A stretch of DNA of 16,991 nucleotides. Origin: Myxococcota bacterium. GTDB taxonomy: Bacteria > Myxococcota_A > Polyangia > Polyangiales > Sandaracinaceae. The position numbers and the translations under genes are program-made. The notes under the pieces are model-generated. The model was given only the letters and a program-made list of their open reading frames with translations, had not been told where the DNA came from and did no database searches. The stretch spans positions 1-16,991 of the forward strand of contig JAYZQJ010000034.1 in NCBI GenBank assembly GCA_036149055.1. Reading direction: 5' to 3'. This document shows positions 15,843 to 16,991 of the stretch, piece by piece; the first letter of the stretch is position 1, and the number at the start of each line of letters is the position of its first letter.

Positions 15843-16378
15843 CACATCACCCCCGCCCGCAACCCCAGCGCGAGGACTCCGTCGGGCCCGTCGTCCAGGA
15901 GCTGTACGCCCATGTGCAGGTAGGGCTCGATCACCGCCGAGCCGAGGACGACCGGCAGCGACAGCTCCGCGACCACCCGCTGGATCGGGAGCCAAACGTC
16001 GAACGATCCCAGCAGGAGGAGGTCGTAGCCGACGCCCAGGGTGAAGGCGACCTCGCGGCCCACCGCCGTGATCCAGCCGACGCCGACGCCGACGTGGAGC
16101 AGCCACCCCCACGCGGCCCCCGCCGGCGTCCCGCTGCCGGAGGCGCCGAGGCGGGGCGTGACGTACACGCCCTCGGCCGGCACGATCCGGAGGCTCAGGT
16201 CTGCGCCGAGCTGGAAGGGCGCCGTCGACGGCGACACCTGACCGCCCACGAGGAGCGTCCACGAGCTGGCGGCCATCCGGGGCGCGCCGACGCCCTCGTC
16301 GTCGGCCGAAGCGCGCGCCGACACGAGCCAGGTGAGGAGTAGGATGACGACCCAGGTCGCGCACCGCTCTGATGGCAC
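15839..16378 (-). CDS. Putative small outer-membrane beta-barrel protein (179 aa)
   Basis: Signal peptide ending ASA; alternating amphipathic strands (LGADLSLRI, VYVTPRLGA, LHVGVGVGW, FTLGVGYD, IEPYLHMG); C-terminal LGLRAGVMW ends in an aromatic residue. Confidence 0.7.
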   Translation of the reverse strand: MPSERCATWVVILLLTWLVSARASADDEGVGAPRMAASSWTLLVGGQVSPSTAPFQLGADLSLRIVPAEGVYVTPRLGASGSGTPAGAAWGWLLHVGVGVGWITAVGREVAFTLGVGYDLLLLGSFDVWLPIQRVVAELSLPVVLGSAVIEPYLHMGVQLLDDGPDGVLALGLRAGVMW

Positions 16379-16734
16379 GCTGGAGGTGTACTCCGTTCAT
16401 TCACGCTGCGCAGCTGGTTTTTCGTTCTGAGGAGCGCGATGCTCCGCGGTAGCCTCCTCTCCCGACTCGGTTGGGCCCGGCTCGAGGGGCCGTCGACGCG
16501 GCGGGATCAGCCGCCGCAGATCCCGTCTCCGCCGCCGCTCGAGCAGGTCCCGGGGACGCCCATCGGAGAAGCCCGCCGAGATCGGCCCCAGCGACCGCGG
16601 TGCGACACCCTACGACCGTGGGATCCGACCCCACGCGCAGAGGGCGTTCGTGCGCCCCATCCTCCCGACCATCGGGAGCTCCGATGCAGGAAGGAGGGCT
16701 ACGCCGGGAGCGGAGCGTGGTACGTAGCGCCTGC

Positions 16735-16991
16735 ATGAACCAACGTAGTCTTCTCGCCTTGCTCCTCTGCTGTGGTCTCACCGGGCTCGCCGCGTGCGCC
16801 TCCGACGGAGGCGAAGCGAACGCCGACGGGAGCATGGGCGAGTGCGAGGTCTTCGAAGGGGAGGCCTGCTACTGGCTGCGGGACGACGGCGGCGCGTGCT
16901 GGGTCCCGGCGCCCCCGCCCGACGCGACCACGTTCGAGCGCTGCCGTGACTACGACAGCTGCCAGACGGGCGGCGGCGAAGAGAGCGCCGG
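16735..16991 (+). CDS. Cys-rich lipoprotein, partial (runs off the window)
   Basis: MNQRSLLALLLCCGLTGLAAC lipobox followed by CEVFEGEACYW...ACW...CRDYDSC; not in the ORF track because no stop is reached. Confidence 0.75.
   Translation, partial: MNQRSLLALLLCCGLTGLAACASDGGEANADGSMGECEVFEGEACYWLRDDGGACWVPAPPPDATTFERCRDYDSCQTGGGEESA

Noticed and set aside
16401..16835. ORFs 16401-16835 (-) and 16439-16738 (+)
   Set aside because: Pro/Arg/Ala-rich low-information translations in a divergent intergenic region, overlapping the better-supported lipoprotein start at 16735.
7044..16991. Integron-like cassette array
   Set aside because: Genes are in mixed orientation, with no recurring attC-like sites and no integrase.

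Overview
Very GC-rich bacterial DNA. Its many Cys-lipobox proteins with 'PDAG'-rich linkers suggest a myxobacterium (Myxococcota, Sandaracinus/Polyangiales-like); this is inferred from protein style only. Left part (1.2-3.75 kb): a stress/dormancy-type cluster. A CBS-pair protein is divergent from a translationally coupled pair encoding an HPF/RaiA-family protein and an unusual universal stress protein (USP) fused to a soluble Cache-like sensor domain. The pair has a structured leader with a short uORF and ends at a perfect 30-bp palindrome. Middle: two divergent tandem paralogous lipoproteins with a probable beta-jelly-roll/Ig-like architecture, an IS21 remnant (5'-truncated istB plus one repeat-bearing end), a PP2C-fold protein lacking the metal-binding aspartates, a membrane protein and a WGR-like/ankyrin protein. 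Right part: mixed-orientation accessory genes (lipoproteins, HEAT-like protein, frameshifted RCC1-like lipoprotein, two Cys-rich lipoproteins, and a coupled beta-barrel plus HEXXH lipoprotein peptidase pair). A broken trypsin-like protease gene at 482-993 has a catalytic-Ser half that the ORF track misses. No rRNA, tRNA or CRISPR array was seen. Most long ORFs in the track are GC-rich shadow ORFs or are over-extended at the 5' end. All family assignments are by visual motif recognition, not database search.
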